A stretch of DNA of 64,000 bases from Phoronis australis (taxonomy: Eukaryota > Animalia > Phoronida). The position numbers were made by a program, and so were the translations under genes. Where the stretch lies: positions 546,248 to 610,247 of the forward strand of contig NMRA01000144.1 of NCBI GenBank assembly GCA_002633005.1. The letters are read 5' to 3'. Positions within the stretch are counted from its first letter, which is position 1. Each line of letters opens with the position of its first letter. Under the pieces are notes generated by a model, which worked only from the letters and a program-made list of their open reading frames with translations, ran no database searches and was not told the origin of the DNA. Below, piece by piece: positions 24,426 to 36,747 of this stretch.

Positions 24426-25283
24426 CATTTAGATAAGCCTCGAGCGCTTCTGGTTGTAACTGGAGTAACGGATTAGAAATGAGAGGTGTAGGATATTGAG
24501 TTGTGAGTCAAAGACGATGACCTGATGGGTGCAATTGTAGTTTTTCAAAAGCTCAGCTGTTCCCAATTAAGGAAGGGGTCGTCGATGCAGTCGCTTTGTG
24601 CCCGCAGTGGCAGCAACAGTCCCCGACTGGCAAACTATCTCAGTCAGCTGAGCCAAAGATACTATAAAATCTTTGGCTGAGCCGAGTTTAGCTCACCACC
24701 CTTATGTGTTGCAAAGCAATCATTGACTGAACCAAAAAGCAGAAAAAGGTTATCATTTTCTCTCAGCGACGTACGACGTCCTGTGCATCTGGGGAAAGAC
24801 GGAGACGGAAATTAAAGTTTGCATGGGCGACAACACTAGGATACATGGGCAATGGTGAACCTTGAATAGCGCTAGGAACTTGCGTTCCAATAAAGAAACT
24901 GTTGATTTAGACCACGCTATTGAACTGTATGATCTCGGCTTCAGTGTTCCTAGCTCAGATGAGAGGTAATTTCTGTTCTGGAAAAAATCAGACATTTCCG
25001 ATTATTGCTCGACACCACGCTCGCGGCGCTTAAAATGACACGCGATGACAAACCCCCTTGCAAAGTCTGGTCTCCAGTTAAATCTTAGTAAGCCCAGAAA
25101 TAATTTTTATTTGACTAAAGAACAATTTTAGACAAATTTCATAACGGTTATATGGTCTCAAAAAGTCGGTTTTGTGACAGAAGACGGTTCATAACCGCGT
25201 TAATTCAAAGTTACCGAGATAGCTACACAATTCAAACAAACAATATTTTGAGTAATTGGTGAAATAACATGCTTTCCTTGCAG

Positions 25284-25602
25284 TGGAATCCTGTCTCTTT
25301 GAAGTGTATGATTGGCTTCCGAATCGCATTTCTTCTATCTGCTACAACTGGAATTGTCCTTATAGCGTATTATGCATACATGAAACCGGAAGAGAATTGT
25401 TTCTTCTATTGGGAGGACTGGACCACCTATGCTGCTTTCTTCTACTTCCTGGCAGCGTGTATCAACTCTTTTATATACGCTCAAGGGGACAGTCTTCAGA
25501 TCGAAATCGACAATAAACCTCCAGAGTCGGTCATCGTCACGGAAGAAGATGCTTGCTTGCGGCCCTTAGCGGATTGGTGCGAAAGCATGTGTTCCTGTAA
25601 AG
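25284..25602 (+). CDS. Rolling stone-like membrane protein, coding exon 2
   Basis: ttccttgcag|TGG ... AAA G|GTAAAG (phase 0 to 1); two hydrophobic helices around FFYWEDWTTYAAFFYF. Confidence 0.85.
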
Positions 25603-26109
25603 GTAAAGCATGTTACGGTCTCTTTTCCAGCGCGATCCGATTACAACGGATGTTCAACGGCATTATATCCATTCTTGTGATATTTTACTTAAGATGCCAA
25701 TAACTTCAGCTCTAGTTTTCATAAACAAATTTTCGGACTCTAAATTTCAGGAAAGGTCGGCAGAGACGCATTTCCAGGGTCTTGGGTAATGAGAACATAT
25801 TTCACTGATTTGAACAGAATCCTGCTTACTTGTGTTCTCCACGTAAGACAAGTCTTCTTAACAGCATGAAACAACTCGTGAAAGCTAGCTCGCCCAAATA
25901 ATTCTTTGGACGGTTGATGAAAAATAGACTCCCGTATCAATATTTCGGAATACATCCACTACTAAAACGTACCGTGTATTTAGTGATGATTCACAATCCA
26001 TGTTTGATTCAGCAAGTTGTAAGTCGTACATTAATTGGTGCTCAGTGTTGCTTGTAACATTTTTGCTCCACCCTCACTGCTCTGTTTGAGACGGATAGGT
26101 GTTAAGTAA

Positions 26110-27345
26110 AACACCTTGATTTCCCAGGCCGCTCACGGCTCGGGCCTGTCCGATCAAAATTCTCGCACAGCGGGCTATTCTCTTCACGAAGACACACATT
26201 CCCCCTCCAGGACCAATTCTCACGTCTCATAGACGTACTTCTTTGCTTTCAGGCGACTAACCCTTGTTCTCACACATTCCTTGACCTGCAAGCTATTGAA
26301 TACCATCCTACGCCGCTCCCTTCTTTTGCGCCTCCTAATATAAGTGTAAAATCACTACGGGCACGGCAACTGTGAAAGTCTCCACTTGTTAACACAATCC
26401 CCAGATATTCTTTTTAAGTATTAGAATAATTTCACAACTACTGTTTTTAAGGTGATGTCTTCCTAAAACCGCTTTGAGGTGCTGATGTAATAACGTCATT
26501 TCTAAAAACCGTTGCTCTGTTTCCACCGACCTCTAGCCTATTCACATTGGCACGATGTTCATTTCTTCAGGAAATAGCCCTGTGACACCTAGCCACCACT
26601 CCTAAGGAGGACAAAAGTGTAACAAGTTTTCCTCAAAGCTGACTCGGTGGTGTAGTGGTTATAGTACTGGACTGATAATCTCAAAGTTCCTACTTTAAAC
26701 CCAGCCCTTGCCAAGAAAAAAAAGGGAAAAGTGTTCATTATTGACCACCATGAGTGTACCATACACCCGTGCTCGTTATTCTAAGATGGCCGGAGAAATG
26801 ACTGACCAAAACGTCGTGTCTATGTAAATAGGCTAGAAGTTGTTGTAAAGTAGACCAGATTTCAGAAATGATGTTGCATAAAAATGAAAACTAATTAAAT
26901 GTTTTCGTTATGCTGTTTAAAGGGTACACTCAAGAACATATCTCGGTTGTCCGCGTGTGCGAGTACACGAGTATTGATAAATTATCGATAATTTGACGAA
27001 TGTTTATCTAATGAATTTTGACAAATTGTGTGTAATGCGAGAACGGATATTTATATGATTTTACGATATTCAAATAATTTATTGAAAAAGTGAAATTGCA
27101 ATGAAAATAGTTCAGCAGCTCAACCCACAAGTTTGTCCGTGAAAGGGGAAGTAGCACCGCGGGCAGGGAGTACTTTGCAGGGCTGGTCCATAGGCAAGCA
27201 AAGAAATATACATCCGCGAGACAGGACAAATGTAATACGGCAGGGAGAACATGCGTCCTCCAGAGGGAATAGCTTGGGCGTTAGACGAATTTTGGGCGCG
27301 GGTAGGCCAGAGCCAAATCCGGGCAGGGAAGTCTAAATGCCTCGG
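26110..27345. mobile_element. Old long-TIR element with a second inner inverted repeat and a tRNA-like core
   Basis: Outer arms about 26110-26290 / 27130-27345; inner arms about 26500-26560 / 26805-26875 (CTAGCCTATTCACATTGGCACGA vs TCGTGTCTATGTAAATAGGCTAG); A-box-like GGTGGTGTAGTGG at 26646. Confidence 0.6.
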
Positions 27346-27864
27346 TTAAAGGTAACACATTTTGTTTATTTACTTTTCATTACCGGGGCGTGTTTTGTTG
27401 CAAAAATATTTCGTATAAAATATAACATAGTTTACGCTCGGTCGCGCTAAGGGAAACAAGTTTGATTTTGAGTTAGCCAATTGGCTTTGCTCTTTTTGTG
27501 ATTAAAGATGCACAATCGGGCCGAAAAAAAAACACATTTTGGGGTTTTTGTTGGGCAGGATAGTTAGGTTATACCACAGCTGTAATAAAACAGCAAAATG
27601 GGTTGTTTTGTGATTTTATTAGAAAGAAGAAGTATCTGAAATCAAGGCCGATGCATAGCCTATCAGATAAATACGCTTATTGGAGACAAATAAAACAAGA
27701 AAAATATATATTTTAGGTTGTATTGGGAATTTCAGGGTCACAGCTCTACAAATGAATATTTCAAAGAAGGAACCAGATGGGTTCTTTAATTACAAGAGAT
27801 AACACACACATTTACGATACCCAATGTGTAATTGAGTATCGGATACTAAGCGGCACAATTTAGT

Positions 27865-28040
27865 ATAGTACCAAATGGGTACATAATACCAAATGGGTAT
27901 TGGCCGATTACCTACTACCAAGTGGGTCGAGCAAAACGGCAAATTCAATAACAAGTACCAAATGGGTACAAACTGCCAAATGGGCAAATATCACATAATA
28001 AAGTACCAAGTGGGTACACCAAACAGCCAACTGGGTTATA
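27865..28040. repeat. Cluster of short direct repeats TACCAA(A/G)TGGGTA
   Basis: About seven variably spaced copies; probably subterminal repeats of a transposon. Confidence 0.8.
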
Positions 28041-31000
28041 ACAACCTGCAAAACAGGTTCCTGACAAGCTGAATGAGCAGACCAGCCGTAGTAATAAAAA
28101 AGAGATATTGTAAGGAATGTGCTGTTGTGGCTCAGTATGTGCCGCATGAATGAATACTCGCCGACTTGTCGCAATGGCGGTTTGCTCCACAAGCAAAGCG
28201 ACGGAGTACTACCACGGAGATCGTTTGACGAGTCGGTCTTAGGGTTGATCTCATACACACAACATTATCGCCGATAATGTAAGTCGAAATAGAAGAAATA
28301 AATATACGTGGTCGATTTGTGCTGTTTAGAATTCTAAGTAATATTTAGTAAGTAAACTCGTATCTGCTGCCTGGTTTGAAGACTCAACCGGTAGTTGGAA
28401 GTTGTAAGTTTGATAACTTTCGTTCTGCAAAATAATATTTCTGTAGAAGTCCCGGGCCCCTTTGCCCGAGTTGGCCTGAGGGCCCTTAATACAGATATCC
28501 ACAAAATGTTTTTATGTATTCAAAAAATAATATATGGCAATAGCTTACTTAAAGTCCTGGTCTCACACGTTGTTAACCCTTATTACATGGTTAGAGGATG
28601 TTATAAGGATCCAAGAAGTACCTACGCCATAACTAATACACGATCCGTACTCGAAAAAAGTTTAAATGTACGCGCCACTCACGATTCGCACCCGAAGAAC
28701 CACCGCCATTTTGAACTTCCCGCGAACCCGGAAGTACAATTCATTCAGGAACCCAGGCTAAGAAAACGTCGCCAGTGTGAATGGACGGGTGCCTGTTACT
28801 AGCCTGCAAACGGGGATAAAATAATGGACACCGCGCCTTAATTTTAATAAAATCAAAATACGGACAATTTTATCGAATTTGCTGAAGAAATGTGGCGAAG
28901 AAATTTTGACACAAATTATTTTGCCGCACTCGCGACCGCAGCCTATTGGACCCGGTGCGGATCGAGACAAGACACTAGCGAACGGTAAAGGCATGCGGTT
29001 GCAAGCTCTTTTGTTGAAGTAAAATGTTCAAATCATAAATGCCGTTTATATTCAAAGGTAGTATCAGACACTTGCATAAAATTACGGGCTGGTTAATCCT
29101 GTGTCACACTGCCGCGGTAGCCCTTAGCTAGCCTCAGTGCCAGCTACCAGTATGAAGACTACCGTCAAAATACAGCTAGCTTGTTAGTAGGCCCATACTT
29201 TGGGCCAAGGCTACCCTTAGGCCTACCTGGTCGCTGGCCACAGCGCTTGCTCAAACGAGGTTTATTTAGAACTTGGGTACTTCCGGCGAACTGTGCAAAG
29301 TTGTTGGCTTTCAACAGAGATTTTCCCAGACTTTGTATGAGCGCACCAAGCTTAAAAATGGGGGCATGGAATTTTTGGGAATGTCTATCTTTCACAATAA
29401 GATTCACTGGATATGTTCAAAGTTATGAATTGCAGACGCTAAATTTTGGTACTTCCTGTCTTCTAGTGGAATATCGTCCCGTTTTCTATTTTTTTCGGAG
29501 TTCGTGCTTCTTTGACTGAGGCAGGCCTTTTTCCATTTCTCCAAATAGGGGGCTCGTTCGAGCACAAAAGTACAAAATGTTATAATTTTTTATTCATTAA
29601 GCCAAATTATTCCACTTTTTAACATAATAAGTAACTTAAAATGCACAATACTTTTCAACATTTAACATTACAAACACTATTCAACAGCAAAAGTTTCCAC
29701 GATATGAAAGTGAACATACATGTAACTATTACCATGGTGACCGAATAGTGTTTCCTTACACCAGAATTTGACAAGCATGATTAAAAAAATATGAAGTTGC
29801 AAGGAACAAGAATTGGAGACTTGAAGCTTCACAACCCAACATAGCTTATTTCTCAAATTAAGGTTATTCATATTGTTGACTAAATAACCTAAATTAAGAA
29901 GCAATAAGTTACAACACATGACTTGAAAGCAATTGAGACTTAAAATTTAGAAAAATGTGAATCGTTTTGTGACACCTAATCAAGCCTTGAACAGCAGTTG
30001 ATAGTCAAACAAAAAACCATTTCAAAATTATTTCAACTATTTTTCTAGCTTAGTGTAAGATCACCTGAATGGGAAATTCACAGTAAAATAATTCGTATTA
30101 TCTTATATTTTTGCACAAAAAATACAAGAACATTGAAGAAAGTTCCTTTTTTGTAGCAACGTTTTGTCAAAATGTACCAACGTTAAATCTTCACAAATTA
30201 CAAAGTAACAGGTTGAACATGCCTTCCAGTTCAGCAAAAGTCGCCATGTTGTCGGTGTCGCCAGAAATGAGACGAAGTCCAACGGGAATTCTGAGCACAT
30301 TTATCACTTAATGAGTAACAACTGCGAGGCTGAAATTTGGTGAACACTGTTGAATCGTGCAGAATAGTAAGTAAAGATATGTCTCACTAAATTTCACCGT
30401 AAATTGTTGGCGAAAATAATTTACACAAAGTTTTAAACTCGTTACTTATACCGCTGTCCTCCAATATGGCCGACGCGATCCAAACAAAGTAACCCAAATT
30501 TCGCCACAAAAATTGCAATAACTTTACAGTGCTTGCCCCGATTTTGATACTTTTTCGATTTTTACTGAGTAGAATGCACTACCTTTCCGATAATAGCAAA
30601 GTACTTTTTCAAAACGAAAAAACAAAACGAAAAAAAATTGGTTCGACTCACATTGGTTCTTAGGTTCAATCGCCCAACGTAAGGAACTAAACACCAATGC
30701 TATTTTAACATAATAAGTACGCGTAACATTCCAAAAAATTCAACGACCACTAACTACAAACTATAAATACACTACACACACAAACGAATCACGAGATATT
30801 ACTAATAAAACAAAATAATGAAGACTTTTCGAGCAAGCGATAGCACATTCAGTTACAAGGAAAAAATGGCGGTGTTCAGGACAAGTTCCTGAACTGATGA
30901 GCCGGAAATGTGGGTACGGAAATAACCGATGACAGCCGGTGATTATACGCTCACAGAGAAGGGTCAAATACTGTTAAAAATCGCTTTTGGCAAGAAAGGC

Positions 31001-34000
31001 GAAAAGAATATAAAGAAAGGGTGTCGAAAATAAGATTTTATGTAGTAAGTGTTTTCGGATACTGGAACCACATGGGCAGTTTGAGACCAGGACTTTAAAG
31101 CAGGACCCCGTGTCGGAAAAACGTTTCTTCCCAGAGGCATATATAAACTTCCAATAGAGCATTATTACCGTCAGAAGTTGGTTATAATAATTTGCCTAGA
31201 CAACTCTAACGTGTCAGTTACTTGAAGTTTCCGTTATGGGACTGAAACGTGCACGCTGCGACCTGAAACCTATTGAACCTGGTCTGAAGCGATAATGAAC
31301 TGCCAATTCCCAGCTCAGAAATCATTTCTCTGAGTAATAGTCGGTGGGCCAGATCTCATATCGTTCATCCTTGTGAGTACTTTGAGGGGGGGCAACTTAG
31401 TTTTTTTCCATGTAGCTAGATAATATACCTATAAATCAAATTCCAAAAAGTTCCAACGTCTACACTTGCACATTTTTTAAAAAAGGTGTTTTTGTTGCAC
31501 AAAATATTATGCACATTCCTGCCACTTGGAGGCGCTTTTCTTTTGAATTGACCAATCAGAGAGCCAGATTGCATTGTTGTGCTTAGTTACTTCAATATGG
31601 CTGCTCCCATGGAGTGTGATGCCTGTATAATTCAAGCTTTATCAAACAGCACAAAATTGTGATGCCAGAACCTGAAGAAGCTTAGAGAAGCATCCTGACG
31701 AGAGCTGATGGACTGTGGAACTCTGTAGATCAGTAGATCAAAAAAAGAAGGTGTCACAAACGTTTCTGCAGAAAACAGCTGCATGTCCCCCTATAGCCTA
31801 TACAGTATACTGCTGTAGAAGACCAAGTGTCAAACCAAAACTTGAAAGGACATAGAAAGGCATAGCAACGTTTCAAGACGCCAGCAGTAGTGCTAAAGCT
31901 GAAGCTGTTGAAAGTAATACAGATGTTACTCAAAATTTCCCAAGAAAATCAATTAGACTTCCAAAATCTGAAACACCCAATTAACCTGAACAAGATAGGA
32001 ACAATCTGAAATATGAGTGCATTATTTGTTAGCTGGAAAGGTATATTATGGACCACATTTCAAGAAACAGAAAGAAGTAACAACTTTATAGGTTTGAAAA
32101 ACAGGTACGTGATCTTAAAAGGTACATCTTGGTGTTTTCCAAGTGTGTTTCAATATTATCACCAGTTGTTTTTTATCTTGTTCAGGCCCTTGGCTGCCTA
32201 GGCCTTAGACAATACCGCTGACCCACTGCCAGTAGAGACGGTTAGAGAATACTTTGTTCGGCGAACGATAGGTGTCCCTATAGGACGTACTTCCGCTACT
32301 CGCTTCAACCCACGATTGTGCTGTCGGACTCTTTTATTGGTAAATAAGACTATTGTAAGCCGTATTTCATATAGTAGAACTTTATCATATCGTTAGACTA
32401 AGACCTGCTTTTGTTTATTTACAGATCCTCTTCATTCTAATAAAGACGATCTTTGAAATAACTATATGTTTATTTAACGGTGATCATACCATAGGTATTC
32501 CATATGCCGCATGCTTTTCGGCAAATTATGCATCCCACTGGTTAAACCATAAGTCATGTTCCTATAAGTTTAGAAGTACCGCGTAGAGAGATGTCTCTGA
32601 GGAGGCCGTTAATGTATTCATTTGTTCCCAGTTTAAACAAATACTCCTGCAATCCTGTTTTTCAAACTCCCTTGTTCAGTTGCCACATCGACATGGCTTG
32701 CGCCAAGGGATAATCGTATGGCGTTGTAATAAGGAATAAGACGACTGTTTGACTGTTTGTGAAATCGGCTATGGCAACGACAGTTCTGTTAGAAGCAAAG
32801 TCGCGAAAACATTGATCTGCAATGCTTGGTAAATTTTACAGGGTCTGCAATTTGTTACTAAGAGATCATCGCGTTGACAAGTCTACTTTTTGGCGCGCAA
32901 TGACGAGTTAGGCATTCGCGATTTCGCTGGTGCCCGCGGCATAATTAGAATCTACCTCGGGTACCAGAGTTGACCGCAATGAGCTGCAAAACCTTGTAAC
33001 AGGAGGATATTACCAGGTAATGCCTTTCTGCTTGTAATGATAGAAGCAGACTTCCAATGATTTTATAAAGTATCTCGCCTCTGCCCACCTGCTACTGAAC
33101 GTGGCCTGCTTTATATTTGACTTCAGCGCTATCATACATCTACAGTATTACCCAGGTGCGCGTGTGAGAATTTCTGGTAGCGTGCGTTGAAGTTGTCATT
33201 TTTAAACCACAATTAAGCCATTACTTTATATCAAAGAACAAAGAAACTGGTCACATTTTGTTGACAAAGGACCCCTCCTGCTATGAGTATAGGGTTTTGT
33301 TTTCTAAATTAATTAATAATTCGGAAAATAGCCAGAAATCGTTGACATTTCCTGGTTGTATTTATATTTATGTGAATGTTTGATGGGTTCTCCAATAACT
33401 TATTCTAGAAAGGAAAAAATACTGCTCGTGTATTGAAAAGGTCTTCGATTTCACTTGGAACTAATGTCAATGTATGAACACTTCGCTTATCCAAGAAATT
33501 TGACTTGGGTTATGTTTGTACGTCTTTTATTGCAGCTGGCACGCATTTGGGTTTCAGAATTGGGGTCCGTGTTATCAAAGGTCGAAAGTCCGGTAGTAGC
33601 TAAGACATACCGATAGAAATCTCTTTTGCCACGGTCCCGGAGGTACGAAAGCACGTGTCTCGCTTTTGGAATGTCAGGCACATTTTGACAGGTTGAGATG
33701 TATGGCTGTGGCCCGATTTCAACTGTTCTAAAAAACGGAATTGAAAGAGTATGTCCAAGAAAGGGGATTCAGCTTTCACCCACTAGCTTTGCATTTTCTT
33801 TTCTTTGATTGATGAACATGACATCGGGCGTCCTCGTATATCTGTCAAATTTATCCAACTTTCTCCCCTCGGAGTTTCACCCCACAGCATAGTAGTTATA
33901 CTTCGTCGACATTGGATGGACGAATAATAGAGTAATGCAGCTGAAAAAAACAACTTGTAAAGAATATAACAAAGGGAATGTGGAATTCCAGTGGCGCGAA

Positions 34001-35060
34001 AACCGCGAGCCTACAAAAGTGCCTGACGGATATTGCGACATTTTGGGTAAATACAGTGAGATTCGGGTACCGCTTTGCTGTCCCGGACTGCCCTATTCCA
34101 CAACGGCAGCTTACCAAGAAATCGTTGTACTAATAAATTGGTTCACGGCTAGAGTCATTATTTCTTGACAACCAGTTCATCTAGTTGGCGAAGCCTATTA
34201 GGCCATACTATTGGTATGATATTGTCTGTGAAAGCCCAAATTGACGCAACTTATCAATTGGGACAATTTGGGTCACCATTGCCGATCCAAACTGACGCGC
34301 GCAAAATTGCTGTTACACTTTGGGCAAAGTGTGTCAATTTGAACTGAGAATGCTAACCTAAATTATCACCACTCAGAAAACGCGCAGAAAACGGAACTAG
34401 ACGAACTTCGACATGCAACTTGAAAAGATAATTTCACTGTATCCCTAAAACACTACCTTTAGTTCTCAGCTGTTGCCGTATTTTTGCATGGCGGATAACC
34501 TATGATAGACCTATAACACTCAACCCTCGTACGTAATCCCCATTTGCTTTATTTGCGATCCCAAATATGTGGCAGCGCATTATAACTAAGAGTTTAAAAA
34601 CGTTTGACACACAGCTGCTTCGACAGTTTCAGGAATTGATCTGAGTTGTTTTTAACATGTAAGACCTTATCGGCAAGTCTTTGTATTCAGCCAAATATCT
34701 ACAAAGGTATAGATAGTAACTTAGAAAAAGTACATATTTTCTGAACGTTAAAAGTTTGTAGAAATTGATTTTTGACTTTTCACCAACCTGTCATTAATTG
34801 GGTAGAGAACATGTCTTTTTAGTAAAATTTTAGCAAAAAAAAGGTACATTGATTATAAAACAACGGTGTCAATGACATGACCGCCTAGTAGAATGGCCAA
34901 CTCGAATGGTGATAATGTATTTCTGAACCGTGCTGGTATCATTATTAGGTATAGAGATACTCCGCTAAAAAACGAGGACACTTGTTCTATAATTTGTCAC
35001 TCCGTTCTCTGCACAATGTCAAGCTATTTGTTAGGAAAATATGTTTTCTTTGTGTTGTAG

Positions 35061-35197
35061 GCAGAGTGGATCCAAATGACAGCGCATCGGATTTTGGTGA
35101 TGATGACGTCACTTATTTGGACAAACGCTCGACGGCTATGAACATAGACTTCTTGGCCGTTTCGTTAAAAATGTACCGGACACCGTGGTATTTTCAA
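35061..35197 (+). CDS. Rolling stone-like membrane protein, coding exon 3
   Basis: tgtgttgtag|GC AGA ... TTT CAA|GTAAGT (phase 1 to 0); ends in PWYFQ, matching the family PWY-x-x-x-x-W motif. Confidence 0.85.
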
Positions 35198-35631
35198 GTA
35201 AGTGACCTCTTCTAATGAAGTTTAGTGTTTTGAAATGAAGTCTAGTGTTTTGAAGTACGTGGTTTTGTGGAGTTGTTTCTGAGCCGGTCAATAAGCTTAA
35301 ATTTCCACTGATCTTATTCTTTTTGTCGTGAAGACACTTTTCTCTCCCTCTCCAACATTATTAACCCGCCTTCAGTGGCCAGAGAAAGTAATGTTTGATG
35401 TAGAGCTAGCTTTTACAGGAATAAAAATTGCTTAGCAGACCAATAATATTTTGTGGGTTAAGGAATAACTGATAGTTTTTCCTTGAGACCATGCTCTCCA
35501 CATAAAATGACTCGCTGTGACAAGTCAACCTCTGCAGCCTATCCCCACGCAATATATAACGAACGTTCTCCTTAAGTCCAGGAAGTTCCTCTAATCTGAT
35601 GAAGGATCAATTTTAGAACAGTTGGTACCCT

Positions 35632-36082
35632 CATAGGCGGATTTAGGGGGCCCAACAAATTTGTAATGAACTGATTGCACAAAATATAAAGCATGTAATA
35701 AGCATTACAAAAAGGTTTCGCGCGCAAACGCTGTGGACCATAAACAAATAGGTCTCTTAGTATCAATCTAGTAGTTAAATCGTGGTGGTGCAGTGGTAAA
35801 GCACGCGCGCTCTATCCACCAGCTCGTGGGTTCGAGTTTGTGGCGCTTGCAGTTTTTCCTGTTTGACACTTTCTCCGAATTTTTTTGCCTTTTTTTCTTG
35901 GATAATACTTGGGGAATCAAGGAAAATGGTTGATTTTTAGAGGAAAAAATAGAAAAATTTCCTGGGTGGGAGGGGGGCAAGACCTCCCCCATTCGGTGCT
36001 ATGCGCATCTACAATCGTGCTTTGAGCAAATGTTTACAGACAAAATGTTGGGCCCACTTGTGATATCCTAGATCCGCCAATG
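35632..36082. mobile_element. hAT-like MITE with 5-bp TSD and tRNA-like internal segment
   Basis: accct|CATAGGCGGATTTAGG...CCTAGATCCGCCAATG|accct; A box TGGTGCAGTGG (about 35786) and B box GGTTCGAGT (about 35829). Confidence 0.85.
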
Positions 36083-36189
36083 ACCCTATATCATAAGCTA
36101 TTGTTTGATGGAACGCAGATTTATAGCCGTTTAGGCCTAATCATCTTAACGCAGTGGCAGATAAAATAACTTTAAACGTTTCATTCCAG

Positions 36190-36747
36190 CTGCAGTGGAT
36201 GTTACAGAACATAGCCTTCACCAACATTACCAATATTGCCGTATTCTGGGCGCTGCATGGGCATGCCGACCCAAGTCATCCGGTGCACATCGTCAACCAA
36301 ATCCTACTACCAATCATCTTGTTGATAGACACTGCCCTCTCGCGACTAATAGTGAGAATTACGCATGTTATTTTCCCCGTTTGCTGTGCAACGTTTCACG
36401 GTTGTTTTTTGTTTGTGTATTCGCAGGTGTCGGATACCTACAAACCGCGCTTGATGGGCAACACAAAATGGGAAACCATTTTAGCACCATTTATCTTTGT
36501 TATATTTTATGCTTTTTTGGTCATACCCCTGACTCAGCTGTTCCTCCTTGCCCTCGTGCACGTGCGCGTGGCTCTTTGGATGAGGATGCACAAGAGCATA
36601 GCCGCACTGGCTACTCTTCACCAGTCTTTGGATGAGTCCGTATTTCTAACAGTGCCCGGCCATCTTGAACCGCCACGTCTAATAAAACAAGTAAGAGTTT
36701 CGCCACGAGCGTCTGCCCGGCAGTCAATTGTTGAAGAAGCAATGTAG
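36190..36747 (+). CDS. Rolling stone-like membrane protein, terminal exon 4
   Basis: ttccag|CTG, LQWMLQNIA...FWAL...LLID...VRITHVIFP...; several TM helices; TAG stop, AATAAA near 36963. Confidence 0.85.
   Translation: MQWMLQNIAFTNITNIAVFWALHGHADPSHPVHIVNQILLPIILLIDTALSRLIVRITHVIFPVCCATFHGCFLFVYSQVSDTYKPRLMGNTKWETILAPFIFVIFYAFLVIPLTQLFLLALVHVRVALWMRMHKSIAALATLHQSLDESVFLTVPGHLEPPRLIKQVRVSPRASARQSIVEEAM

Noticed and set aside
24870-24965. Alternative first exon of the rolling stone-like gene (ELYDLGFSVP)
   Set aside because: No in-frame ATG, and donor phase 2 does not match the phase-0 acceptor at 25284; 17380-17538 fits properly.
25269-25703. ORF-track 144-aa protein as a single-exon gene
   Set aside because: Its start lies in the polypyrimidine tract and its tail runs into the intron; only 25284-25602 is exon.
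26640-26715. Functional tRNA gene
   Set aside because: The B box and acceptor stem are degenerate; treated as a tRNA-derived relic. The same applies to 35775-35850.
27865-28040. Short repeats with variable spacers resembling a CRISPR array
   Set aside because: Repeats are only about 13-15 bp with very irregular spacing, there are no cas genes, and the context is eukaryotic.
28395-32210. Additional large transposon(s) in intron 2
   Set aside because: TE-like composition and a TTAA-adjacent GGGCCC end at about 28488 were seen, but no convincing matching terminus or coding relic could be paired by eye.
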